Assembly (NCBI GenBank): GCA_017654855.1
Contig: CM030338.1
Span: 3,038,001-3,102,000, forward strand
Length of the DNA stretch: 64,000 nt
Source: Podospora anserina
Taxonomy: Eukaryota
Direction of reading: 5' to 3'
Part shown: piece after piece, positions 26,284-38,743 of the stretch
How positions within the stretch are numbered: position 1 is the first letter of the stretch
Layout of the letters: every line of letters starts with the position of its first letter
Notes under the pieces: generated by a model
The model's database searches: none
The model's input: the letters and a program-made list of their open reading frames with translations, nothing else
Told to the model about the DNA's origin: nothing
Position numbers and translations under genes: made by a program

Positions 26284-26836
26284 CTTGAAGCTTCACTTCA
26301 GGGAAATGACTGAAGAACTAAAGACATAACAAGCATACAGGTTCAAGAGCGGGGTGAAGCTTCAAGTATGCTGCTGCAGAGTTCCCTTTGTGCTACAAAG
26401 CCGTTGAAACATCAACCCGGAGCTCTCCGTGCTGCTGTCCGGGAGGGGTACTGCCGCCCATAATATATGTCTCAGAGCTCTCGCAAGGAGCTATCATATC
26501 TCACAGCCAGCATTGTCATGTGCCATACTCCAGACCTTCCTATCGGAGGAATTGACGGTCATATACAGACAGTGGTAGTCAATGATAAGACTAACATGCC
26601 CCCTGTTCGACAACGATAACAGCGCGGGCACTCAAGGTGGGAATGTGGGGTGATAGACGTTGACTTACACAGCAGGAGCTCTCCCATATCCCGTCTTGGC
26701 TTGCAGCAAGCACCCCTCGCTCGCTACTCACATCAGTCAACTTGCCTTACATAGCATACTTCATCTTCCCAAACCTTTTTCTTTCAACCACATCTCCTTC
26801 ACACCCTCAAGCTTCACCCCCAACAAGCCACCCAAA

Positions 26837-28078
26837 ATGCCTTCCAGCAAGAAGAAGCCCCAGCAACCCGCACAGGGGGAACCCTCCAACCCAACCGCCC
26901 CCGCAGTCGAAACAACAGATCCCCAGACCAACAAGCCCAACATCGTCGACATCCACACCCATATGTACCCCGCCTCCTACATCAAGCTTCTCGAATCCCG
27001 CAACACCATTCCCCTCATCCGGTCCTTCCCTGGCCACCCTGAACCTCGCCTCGTCCTCCTCCCCTCTGAGGTCCCCCTCCTTTCCAACCCTTCCCCAACC
27101 CACCCCCCAGGACGCCCCCTGACAGAAGCCTACACCTCCCTCGACGCCAAGATCGCCTTCATGGACAAGCACAACATCTCCATCTCGGTCCTCTCCCTCG
27201 CCAACCCCTGGCTCGAGTTCCTCTCCACCTCCCCCGACCCCTCATCCCTCTTGGAACCCGCTCTCAGAATCAACGTCGAGTTCGAAGTCATGTGCAATCA
27301 ACACCCCGGCCGGCTCTACTTTTTCGGCGTCCTCCCCCTCCACCCCGAAAACACCTTGTGCGCACTCCCGTTGGTTCTCTCCATGAAGATGAAATTCAAA
27401 CACTGCCGAGGTGTCATCATCGGCACCAATGGGCTGGGAAAAGGTCTCGATGATCCGGACATGGAGGACGTTTTTGAAATGTTGGAGGAAGATGACCTGC
27501 CAATATTTCTCCACCCGCATTATGGTTTGCCAAATCAGGTGTTTGGAGAGAGGGCGGAGAAGGGGGAGTACGGGCATGTGTTGTCGTTGGCGTTAGGGTT
27601 CCCGATGGAGACGACGGTGGCGGTGTCGAGGATGTATCTGTCGGGCATGTTTGACAAGTTTCCCAAGTTAAAAGTCATTCTGGCGCATGGGGGTGGGACG
27701 CTGCCGTTTTTGGCGGCGAGGATTGAGAGTTGCATTCGGCATGATGGGTATTTGCACAAGAAGGAGAAGGAAGGGCGTGGGAAGATCAAAAGGTCGATAT
27801 GGGAGGTGTTGAACAGTCAGGTGTATCTAGATGCGGTGGTGTATGGGGAGGTTGGACTGAAAGCGGCGATTCAGGCGTCGGGGGAGAGAGGGGTGGAGAG
27901 GCTGATGTTTGGGACTGATCATCCCTTCTTCCCACCGTTAGAGGAAGGGGAGGAAGAATGGGGGAGTGTGGTGATGAATACTGAGGCTGTGAATAAGGGG
28001 CTGGGGGAGGGGAGCAAGGAGGCGAGGATGGTGTTAGGGGAGAATGCGATCAAGATTTTGAACTTGGAGAAACCCTGA
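26837..28078 (+). CDS. Isoorotate (uracil-5-carboxylate) decarboxylase, amidohydrolase superfamily
   Basis: VDIHTHMYP, SLANPW, IFLHPHYG, LALGFPMETT, LAHGGGTLPFL and MFGTDHPFFPP. Confidence 0.88.
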   Translation: MPSSKKKPQQPAQGEPSNPTAPAVETTDPQTNKPNIVDIHTHMYPASYIKLLESRNTIPLIRSFPGHPEPRLVLLPSEVPLLSNPSPTHPPGRPLTEAYTSLDAKIAFMDKHNISISVLSLANPWLEFLSTSPDPSSLLEPALRINVEFEVMCNQHPGRLYFFGVLPLHPENTLCALPLVLSMKMKFKHCRGVIIGTNGLGKGLDDPDMEDVFEMLEEDDLPIFLHPHYGLPNQVFGERAEKGEYGHVLSLALGFPMETTVAVSRMYLSGMFDKFPKLKVILAHGGGTLPFLAARIESCIRHDGYLHKKEKEGRGKIKRSIWEVLNSQVYLDAVVYGEVGLKAAIQASGERGVERLMFGTDHPFFPPLEEGEEEWGSVVMNTEAVNKGLGEGSKEARMVLGENAIKILNLEKP

Positions 28079-29581
28079 GATCAGCTGACTGGATTCGCTG
28101 GGTAGTACTTGCCTCCAGCTGTACCTTTGTATACCTATTTCAGGAAGGCACGATAAGGCATTGGGGAAGAGCAACCTGAGAAGGGAAGGTGCAATGGACT
28201 TGACACTCTTGGGAACACTTGAGAAGGGAAAGAGCCACGGAAGAACACATAAGAAAAAAGAAAAAAAGAAAAACCAACCATATACATACACAAATGTAAA
28301 ATCCTTCATCCCGGACCTTTTCGCTTCGAAAAAATCCTCAACACCCAACCATATACAACCGGAAAACTCATTTACCCAAAATCAGAACCAAAAACTCCCA
28401 ATATCACCACGACCGAGTCGAGCACATCTTGCCCACCAGCAACAAGCCTCCATCATAACTCCTACAATTGCCACCCTCATCCCTCTCTATGTCAAGCTGC
28501 CTCCCCAAAACATAGTCACTGCCCTTTCAGTCACCACCAGACCCCTCAGTAACCAAAGAACCAGCAAACTCCCGTACATTCTCCCTTCCCCCGGGAGTGG
28601 AAGGGTTTGTGGGGTTGGGCATGATGGGTAGCTGGGTGGTAAGTTCCTTTTGGGTTGGAAGTAAAGTGGTTTGATATGTGCGTCTGTTCAAGGTGTTGTA
28701 GGTGTAATTCGGGACTGGTGCCTCAAGCATTGAGAAAGTACACCGAGGGTAGAGTGCGGTTGTTGCTGTCAAGAGAGGGGAGTTGAGGGAAATGAATGAG
28801 GATGCCAAACCTCGGGGTCGAACCCTTCCAGGTATATATCATTGCCCAGTCAATGGGTGCAATAACCCTCGAGCAGTTCAGTCAATCCCCACTGTTTGGT
28901 CTGCATCTCTTTTTTAAATGTATGATGCCTTACAGTTTGTGTTACCTACAACCTCCAAAACCATCCAATCAACTTGCAGGTTGTAGAGAGAAGAACGCCT
29001 AGTAGACGGGAGGAGGCAGGTAGTACGAGCCGAGCTTCTGTTTGAATAATTAGTATTTAGACGATTTACCTACCTTACTTCGTCTGTCATGCCCGGTAAA
29101 GCTACCTATTTATTCTAGAAGTAGGCTTTGCGCAGTTGTGGAAAGCAACAACACGAAAGAGATGTTTGCCCGTGGGGCGAACAGATCTCGGGGAGATGAT
29201 TACAACCAAGCGAGGCTGGCTACAAATCAAACCAAACCCTGACCATACCAAAGCACACACCGAGCCAAAAGCTGTCAAAATCGTTATCTTCTTGGTGGTT
29301 TGATAGGTTTGACCGAGAGGGTAGCACCCTTACCTTTTTGTTCAGGAGTAATCGCGACACGGGATCAAGTAAACCTCAGCAGGATATATACATAATGTAG
29401 ACTGATGTCCGCAACAATCCCCTGAGATGAAGTCACCACTCCCAACTCAGATACACATCTTCAAAGCCAGGCACAATGCATGCCCACGCTTAGGTAGGAA
29501 CAAAAATGGAATTTGGTATCTCTCAAGGAAAAAGTGACTATATCAACCTTCGAAACCAAGCACATCTCTCAGATGGCTGCC

Positions 29582-29584
<3 letters not shown>

Positions 29585-29614
<30 letters not shown>
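29585..29614. repeat. (CA)n microsatellite
   Basis: Perfect AC run, directly visible. Confidence 0.9.
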
Positions 29615-29616
<2 letters not shown>

Positions 29617-29994
29617 TCACGCGGATACGCAACCCTAATGTGTACACCAATCCCTACCAGCCAGACCACACTGTAGATACACACCACACCATCTCCCCAT
29701 CTCATCCTCAATATCAAACGTTGTCACCACGACTGGTATTTCCCGCCCTCTTGAACCCTCCAAAAAGCTAACTCCCCCCTTTCCTTTTCCAAATCCATAC
29801 CCTTTCCTGATCCAAATCCCAATAACCTTCTTCCTTTCCAATAACCCGCCTGCTAAAAAATGCAATCCAGAAAATTGATCAAAAAAAGCGAAATATACGC
29901 ACACACACGTACACACACACACACAAATATACCACACACCAAAGAAACCCCCTCCCATCTCATACTAATACACCCCCCTTATCCCCCCATCCCC

Positions 29995-32900
29995 CTAATG
30001 ATGATGCATCCCCCCCATCCCAAACATACTCCCAAAAGCATCCATCCCCCCTCCCACCCCCCCCTGCCCACCCAAAACCCCACCCCCTAGCCCATCCCCC
30101 GGCCCCCCAATCTCAGGCGGCTCCATATTAAAAGGCATAAACCAGGCCGAACTCGGCTCCGCCCCAAAAGCAGCATGCAGCGCAGCGTCCTGCTGAGCAG
30201 TATGTCCCCCCCTCCCACCACCACTACCACCACCACCACCACCATGATGTCTCCCCCCTCCCCCATCACCACCACCCCCCCTCCCACCCCCAGTCCCATC
30301 ATGATCCTGCGCCGCCCACCCCGCCAGGCCCGACGCGAGCGGATGATGCTCAACCCCATTCCCATACGCCCCAAACACCAACTGCCTATCCAGTCCCGGC
30401 AGCCCATGAGCCCCCAACGCGCCCAAGGCAAACGGATCCGGCGGAAAAAACGAATTGTGCGGATGATGAGGGTGATGATGCGACAAATGCGAGACCGCCA
30501 CCGGGGAGACAGGCGACAAGGCATGATACGCCGACGCGTTCGTTATTGTCAAGGGGTTGAACGGGCTGGGACCACTAGACTGCGGACCAACACCCGCATT
30601 GGCAGAGAAAGACCGTTGATGAAGCCTCGCAGCAGCATGCATCTGCTCAGCCGCGCCTTGTTGATGATGATGATGATGTTGTTGCTGGGCGCGGGCAAAG
30701 TCGGTTTGCAACGGTGATAAAACCTGGTCGTTGGCACCTCGCTGGGGGCCGCCAGCAGTGGAAGCCTTTCTAACGATGGATTTCCGTTTGAGGTGCTGGC
30801 CGGGGCGGGAGATGCCATTCGGACCACCAGCATGTTCGCCACTTTGCGGGGAGAGCGTGGTAAAAAACTCTTCGACTGTGTGCAGTTCTGGTTTCTGTTC
30901 TAGCACCGCGTCCTCGCCCTTTTCCTTCTTCTTGTACGTGGCCGGGTCGAGGAAGTCGGACTGAGAGACGCCGTGAGGATAACGGTCGAACCAGTCGCCG
31001 TATTGGAATATGGGCGAGGCGGCGTTTTCCTGGGCTGGGTTGCCTTGCCTGGCTGCGTCGGCGCAGGTGCGGTACTGTTCGCGGAGGTTTTCCGACATCC
31101 AGTGGAACATGCCCCAGTACCGTCTCATCTTGGAGAGGAACTTGACGTTGGTGGCGAGGTTGCGCTTCGAGGTTGCCTCCATCGAGGGGTTGCCCGAGAA
31201 GATGCCAAAGATGTGGACTGTGCTAGACAAGAAGGCACAGTATCCTGTGAAGGGTGCCGTGATGAAATGTGACTCAGCATCCTTGAGTAGTTCTGATATC
31301 CGGTTCGCGGCGGCGAATGCCTTTGCGCCTGCCTTGGTGACGAACGCCTTCGGCACGTCCTGTTGTGACTGACCGTTTGGCGATGAGACGGCGAACCGGT
31401 TCATAAACAGAATGTTTTGCTGGACCGAGATGTGCAGAAACAGAAACTGGTTGGCCATGTTGTCTGTCTCATGCAAGTGAAGGTTTTCTGGTGTGTAAGC
31501 CAAAGACTCCGGCAGCTCAAAGTCTTCGGTCTGCTTGAGTAGTTTCGCGTATTCGGATTCCGGACTCCACATGGGGTGAGGATCTAACTCCTTTCCGCCC
31601 TGGTTGAGGTACCCGATGATGCGCCCCCATAAAGCGATGGTCTTGATCATCCAGGCTGCCACGCCCATATTGTCCTTGGCCTCGGTCGCTTGACCCTCGG
31701 TCGTGGGCTCTAGAACTTGCCCACTGAGCGTCTCGGTCGGCCCGGGCATGTCGTACTGAAAGTTTTTTTCCTTGATGGGCAGTGGGATCTTAAGGGTTTC
31801 CTCTCTGATGAAACATGGCCGATCGGTTCCTGATGAGTTGAAACGGTCCATCAAGAAGCACGCCCACATCGTTCGTCTCCGGATTTCTCGATCGATAAAG
31901 CTCAGCTGTGTCTTTCCCGTCATCCGGAGGGGGTCGTGCTCGAGATCCTTGTGAAGCTGAAGCGCAAAAGCCATCCGGATGGCCTGTCCTCCCAAAGACC
32001 AACTCCGTCCACCATGGCATGTGCCGAACTCGTGCAGACCCAGAATCAGAAGACAGGTCAAAATCGTGATATTTGGCCATTCGTATCGCTTGGTGAGAAT
32101 ATCGCGGGCCGTCGAAGCCCATTCCTCTCCACGAAGGAAATTCGGGTTCGTGGCTAGCTTTGGGTGGTTGGAAAAGCGTGCAGCAATGGCGCATACCGAG
32201 AGGATCAACACTGGAGGTAAAGCGCCGGCCCTGTTTCGAACAGTCAATAATGAAACTCACAGAACAGTTGCGAGCCGACTTACTTGAGCTTTCTCATAAA
32301 GCTTGGTTTATGAAGGATGTGATAAGCTTGGCCGTAAATGTTCTCAAAAAACACCTCGGCCAAGTGCTCCTGGATCTCCTTTGATGGCAGAGCATCGCCG
32401 CCCTCGAGCAATAGCTTCGATTCCTCCGCCTCTTGAACCAGCATCGTTGAAGGCTTGTGAGGTCCATCCAGCTTGGATCTTGATGTGCCACGAGCCCAAT
32501 TGTCCAAGTCTGGTCCGAAAGCTTCATCAGCACCGCGCTTCTTCGCCGCGCCCTTGGTGCTGGTGAGAGTCCCTGGAATAGCCGGCTTGACAACCGCTCT
32601 GGTCACCGACGCCGCCATAGAATCCTGCTCTGATTTTGGCACCACTTTGATGATGCGCTCCTCCATTCTCTTCAACCGCTTATCCAGCATGGCCATATAA
32701 TCAGTCCTCGGCGCCGCCTTGCGCGCTGTCACCTTGTAGACACATGGAATGCGAGACCGTAGACAGTGCTTGCATGCTGGCTTCTCTCCCGAGCATCTAA
32801 TCTTCTTGCGCCGACACGCGATGCAGGCCAGGGGCAATCTCTTGCGCTCCTTGCCCGCCTTCGTCTTCAGCTCGCTCCATGCCGGTGTCGCATCTGTCTT

Positions 32901-33404
32901 ATCACCCTTTGATTTTCCACCCATGTCTGTCCCATCCCCCAAGCCTCCAGTGGCAAGACCAAACTCGTCCGACATTGGCTCCTCCAGGGAATTGCCGCCG
33001 TTCTGGTTGCTGTCGGGGCTGCCATTCTCGGATGTGTCCATGCTCTCCTGCCGCCGGCCATTGGTGTCGCTGTAAGAGGTCTGGACAGTGATGGAGGTGG
33101 CCTGGTTCTGTTGGTCATGCATCGAGGTTACCGAAGGTGGATGGGAATGCGCAAACACGTCTGGAGTGTGATCGTCAAAGTTTGGTGGAGCTAGACCAGC
33201 CATCGGTGAGTCGTCTTGATAGGAGAACTGAAAGTCGCCAAAATGGGTCGCATCTACAAGATCGTGGGTTGCTGCCGTAATGGTTCCCATCCCGCCATTG
33301 GATGACTCCAGCTTAAGGGCTTGCAGAGCAGCGGATGATTCAGGTTGCGCGTGGTGACCGTCAGTGTTGTCCGCCGAGGGCGAGAAATCGAGCTCCAGCG
33401 ACAT
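29995..33404 (-). CDS. Zn(II)2Cys6 transcription factor with fungal TF middle-homology domain
   Basis: CIACRRKKIRCSGEKPACKHCLRSRIPCVY, intron at 32283-32231, and middle region EIRRRTMWACFLMD. His/Gly-rich C-terminus. Start assumed at MSLELDF (33404). Confidence 0.9.
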
Positions 33405-36400
33405 GGCGAAAGGATGGATGGCACTCTTGGGCTCGTGCAAAATACAGGTGGGTATGTGACCTAGTAGGTACCCTCCACTGGGCAAGTAACGGTAGCAACG
33501 GCCAAGCGAGATATCGTAAAAAAGACTCGGTACTCCGTAGCTAGTTTGCGAAACTCCTACTACACGACCAGACCAAACCCCAACTTTGCTCTCCTTCACT
33601 TCACTTGGGAATATCTGGGACGGCGACGATGATTTGTAGTGGTGCACAGGAAAAGCGCATGGTATAAGGGGCGGTGGTGTGGTGTCACGAGCTGCTACCT
33701 GACATCGACATGTCCCCTGAGGATTTCCGACAGAGCGCTTTCCAGGATGCGAATTGTCGAAGCGTAATACCCGGAGTGTTTCCCGGCCTTGACCGTCTTG
33801 TCGATTTCTTGGTATGCGATCGGCCGTGTGTTCTCGAGTAGCAAGGTAAGGTAGAGGTGGTGCAAAAGGTCGTCGCGGTCGTTCGTACGGGCCGTCGAGG
33901 GGAGTCAGCACGATAGAGAGAAAAGTAGTGGAAAAAGACAACTCCGAGAAGCTTGCAGAAGGGGGAGGCGACAGGCGACAGCAACCGGGGTTCGAGTCTT
34001 TTGGCGTTTGGCGTTTCCCAACCACAGGCGTCTCCAAGGCCGGCTTGGTGGATCAGCAAGAGAAGGGTCTGGCGGAACTAGCGAAGAGAAGCGTTTTCGG
34101 CGGCTGTCCAGTGGGGTAACATGCTGTTTCGGTTTTCTTGCGTGTGGACGATCCAGAAGCTAGACCGCCCAGGGCAAGGAGGACAGGCAGGGAGCCACCT
34201 CGTAATACCGAATAGGCCGTTATGTCCTTTTTGTTTTGTCTGGTCTGCAATTGGGTGCTTGAGCCGGCCTAGTCGCAGTCGGATTCGGTCTTGTTGAGAA
34301 TGTGACGACGTGGGGAACAGGGAAACAGGGGCCTGCAAGTCAATATACGGGGAGGCCAGAGAGGGGATGGAGTGTATGGGGGGAGCATCAAGGAAAAGAT
34401 GGGGCAAATAGATTGATCGTGGAGACAGGGTGACAGGCTGGTCCAAAGGATGTTGTAAAGCCCACGGCGGGCCGACTGGCTCTCTAATGGCACCTATCAA
34501 GCGCCCTCTCCCCTCATTTTCCGTCATATCAAGACGAGAGCATGGGGAACTCTCGTACCTCACAGCAGACAAGGTCGAGGCGGGCCACCTACCACCCCTC
34601 CTGCATGCACAAGAGACACACGTTCTTCCTTGCAGCTGAAGCAAGCCACCACACCAAGCAGTATCATGGATGCTCACAGAGCTCTCGCGAGTGGACTGGT
34701 TCCAGGCTAGGCACTACCTACGCCGCGCACGGGCGCCCGCTCCTTCGTCCGGGGATGTACTGTAGGTGGTGTGTGTAGATATTCTTATCCCCTGTTATGA
34801 TACATAGACCGGGCAAAACGAACTGAGATGGGGGTGGGAGGGCCAGGAACCGGTTCGTTCGTCTGTCGAGTCGGTGTCGGAGGGGGTGGTGGGAGCAACA
34901 GCTTTCAGCGCGCGGATATAATTGTATGAGCGAGGGGGCTGTCATCTTGATCCATCCGCCAACCTGCCATGGCAAAATTCCGAGAATACGCCGCCAGGCA
35001 ATATAGGATGTACAGCATGACCGGGGTGCTTGGCTGGTGCCGTCGATTGGGTTTATCAGCGATGTGTACCTATTCTATATTATCCCCGGATTCTGTCGAT
35101 ACAGACCTGCTCCCTCTCGTCGTACAGGCCGTCTCTGTCTCTGTCACAACCCAGAGGCATCAAGACGTTTGTGGGGAGTGGCAGGGATGGGCCGGAAGAC
35201 GGGTAATGTTGCGGGGTTCGGAGCAGGGTTCGGTCGACCAAGCCCCGAGCAAACAGCGAGTCCCGTCGCGCCCAGAAAGCCGGGACCAGCTGGGGCCGAA
35301 GCGTCTTGACTCGTCTCCGTTGATGACCGCCGTGTCTTGGCGGGTGGCAGAAACTCCGGTGATGCCCAGTTTCCCTTGCTTTTTCTCGAGGATAGCTCCG
35401 GGCCGCACAATGTGTTCTGTTAGCTCAATGTCAGAGCGAACGAGCAAAAAGGAGAATACCACCTTCTGTAACACAGCGAGCGAGTGACAGCTACGGTTGC
35501 CGGAAGCAATGTTCCACAAACCCTTGCTGAACTCGTGGGAAGGCGGCGTGTGGGCGTGACCTTGCCAATTTTGTGGCGCTCCATCCAACCCCACTTGGAG
35601 CAAGGCCCAAAATCAACCTCTTGCTCCTGTCAGTGTCAGTCTGTCAGATCTGCCCAGATCACAAGCTTGGAAAGGATCATCGTCAATATTTGGTGGACCT
35701 GCATCGTCGACTACGAGTCCATATCCAATACTTACGTAGACATCGACAACGATATACACTCTCTCACTCTGAGCGGAACAAGTCACCCCTTCGGTGGTTT
35801 TCTCGTCTCGTGCCGCCATGAATTCTCCGTAGGCATAAGAAACAATAAAGGAAGCTTCGGTGCCTTCTCTTGCAGGTCTATGCTGATGCGAGAAGCCTGG
35901 CCCATATTGGGTCGCCACCAACTCTCGTGGGAGCCTTGTATCTCGAGGTAAGATGGTCACAGCCCTCTCAACATATAATATCGATTTTAGGTTACAGCAA
36001 CACACCACCTACGAAATAAATGGCAGCCAACAAATCCCTCTCTGCCTTCCAACACGCTTCGGATCGCGCGGGATCGCCACCAGCTGGGCTATTCACTGTA
36101 GCTATCTTTACAGTCACCCCAAATGTCAGCATCGCTCGTGCTACAACAGGCATGACTGCAGCAGTCAAGAGCGAGCCCAGCCGTCCAAGCTGGGGAAGCG
36201 GGAAACATGGAGGGGGGTTACACGGCTCGATTCGATCCGTCCTTTTTCCTCCAGCTTCCGAATTGGCATTTGCTATATTGGCTTGTCAAACCGACAATTA
36301 TCCGCAGTGCAGCTCATAGCCTTCCTCCACCTCCATGACTACTACCCCAGAGCCACCGTCTCCGCTGACACACTCTTCCGGACCGTTACCACCTCAAATC

Positions 36401-38743
36401 CAGGATCAAACCGGCCGCCTAGCGTTCAGGTTTGGTCTTAGCGACCTACCAAGCTCACAAGAACAGCGTTGCGTTTCTCATCGTCCTCGCAGATGCCAAA
36501 TGGCCAACCTGTCATCCAACCCAAGGTTGAGCTTCATGGTGATGACTCTGTTCATCATTGCGACCTCGAATATTGCCCGTCATTAAAGGGCGCTTCCAAC
36601 AAGCGAGTCGTCTGCGTGGTGTGTGGACGTTATCACACAGCATTATATGCTCGTGGGCACGGGATCTGCATATTAGTTTCAACGGCCCCAGCGATGATCG
36701 TGTTTCCTCGCAGTCCCGTCTGCCCCCTTTGGGAAATATTGCGCTTGGTCAGTTATAGTCACGAGGGGAATGCTCTGTAGAGGTCTGGATTGAAACGTCG
36801 GGGTCACCTCTGCATCCACTTGCAGCACGACCAGGAATCGCACGCATGCTACGCCGTGTCTGCCTTCAATCTCTGCCTCTCCAAGATCCAATCGGAACCT
36901 CGGATGGTCCGCTTACGGCTCGTTGCTTCAGGACGATGCAGGCCTTCGTCTTGATGTGTGCTGCTGCTCTCCGCCAGCCTGGATCGTTGCTCACACTACG
37001 CGTCAGAAACACACCACTTTGGCGGAGTTTATCCCGCAGCTTTAGACAACGACGGGTTCAACCGTGACAGAGTTGTGGTGGATGGCTGACTAGAACAGTC
37101 CTTCGACATAGCTCGGCTGGCAAAGGCTCCTTCCTATCCAGTCATGAAATCTGGGGGCGGGCGGAAGAATTTTGATGAAGAGAAAACGGGATAAATTCGA
37201 ACAGGCTGTTTCAAAGGACTCATTTCACATCTAGGGCAACCGTTGTACGATTCCAAGCCTTTACCTCTTCCCTCACCGAACGCAAAAACCACTAGCATCA
37301 CCAGATCAACCCAAATTTGATCGTCCCTGAGGTAATCTCTTCAGCGCCACGCGTATATGAAAAACAAGCACTCCCTTCATTTCCTTTCTTCTTCTTCTCT
37401 ACCTGCCCGACTTACATCTTGGTACATACATACACTTACAGAAAGGTCTTGGCTTGCCGTTGTGTTGACTCCCAACCAATCGGGTATTTAGAGGTTGTAT
37501 TTCGGGGGCAACTTCGGCTCGGTTCATCGTACCGATCATGATTGCTTTCCCTCTGATGGAGAAGTTCGCTTGATGCCTTTCCCGCTTGACAATTCTTTTT
37601 GGTTTACATTCATCAAGATCGCGGTAGGCACCCTGGCGGTCAAGGAAAGACATGGGGGACAGGACAGGTAGGGTGTTATTCCTTGGTCTCACGGACCATC
37701 ATGCTTGATTTGATGGCTTGAATAGAGTGGATTGGGACGAGGTAGAAGCCCGATTTAGGTTTCCGGGCGGGGTGCAAGGCATCACTGACAGTGTAGTCGG
37801 TCCCGGTTCATCTGATTTGAGAAGACTACATGTGAAAAGAATTGCAACTCCGGTGTGTAGGAGGCCAGGGAATGGTTCTGACAGTGTGGATACAGCTGTC
37901 ATAAGATTCCTGAGTCCTTGGGTATGGCACATAACCATTGCACTCTACAGACCGAGAGATCAAGTTCCATACCAACCTACAAGCAAATACTCTATCGATT
38001 GCTCGTGGTCATTCCCAAAAATCACAGCCCAACGCTCTTCATTTTTTTCTTGCCCTTTTTAATTCGACCCTTCTTCCTCATAGCTCCCAGGTTCTGCATC
38101 CGCATGCTCCCATTCCATCCCCACAACCGAACTCGAGGCTTTGATCAAGATGTCCCGTCCTAGATAGATACCTATCAATTTAGGCCTATCATGACTTACC
38201 AACCTCGGGATTATCACGACCAAGCCTTCCCATTCCAAGCCCAAACCAAGCTAGGACAATAAGAGTGCGAATTTTGAAGGCAGTTAGTTGCTGCTCAAAA
38301 ACAGTATTTGTCTTTGACCACTTGTGCTTGAAATGGAGTTGAAATGTAGCGAGGGATATCAACAAAAGCAATCAGAGTGTTCTTGAAAAACAATGTTTTA
38401 ACCGGACAGCTTTCTTATACGTAGAAGCGTGCAAGCTGTGAACGGTATATGTAGCAGGTAGGCAGAGCCAAGAGGCCAATACCCTAGGTAGCTGACTTGA
38501 TAGGTATTGTTGGCAAAGTGATATGAATTGTTGGGAGTGGCAGTCCAGTTTCTGAATAGATAACAGCACAAGGGCAACAAACACCTCCCGGTGGTTTAAA
38601 TCTCAACACCGAGTCCAATACCAGTCTTCTCCCCTATATACACAAGCCAATCCATACAAGAGAAAACCTTATGAAAAAGCCACCAAGCAATTAAACGTCC
38701 ATTCGCTATATGCACAAAATCACATCTTCCCCCCTACACACCA

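Noticed and set aside
28400-28850. Possible small minus-strand gene or remnant with a gene-like skew
   Set aside because: I could not build a coherent ATG-initiated or spliced frame, and there is no recognisable motif.
32280-34037. Full 585-aa ORF as exon 1 of the transcription factor
   Set aside because: The first roughly 210 codons look non-coding and begin at a non-ATG codon. The ATG at 33404 is more plausible.
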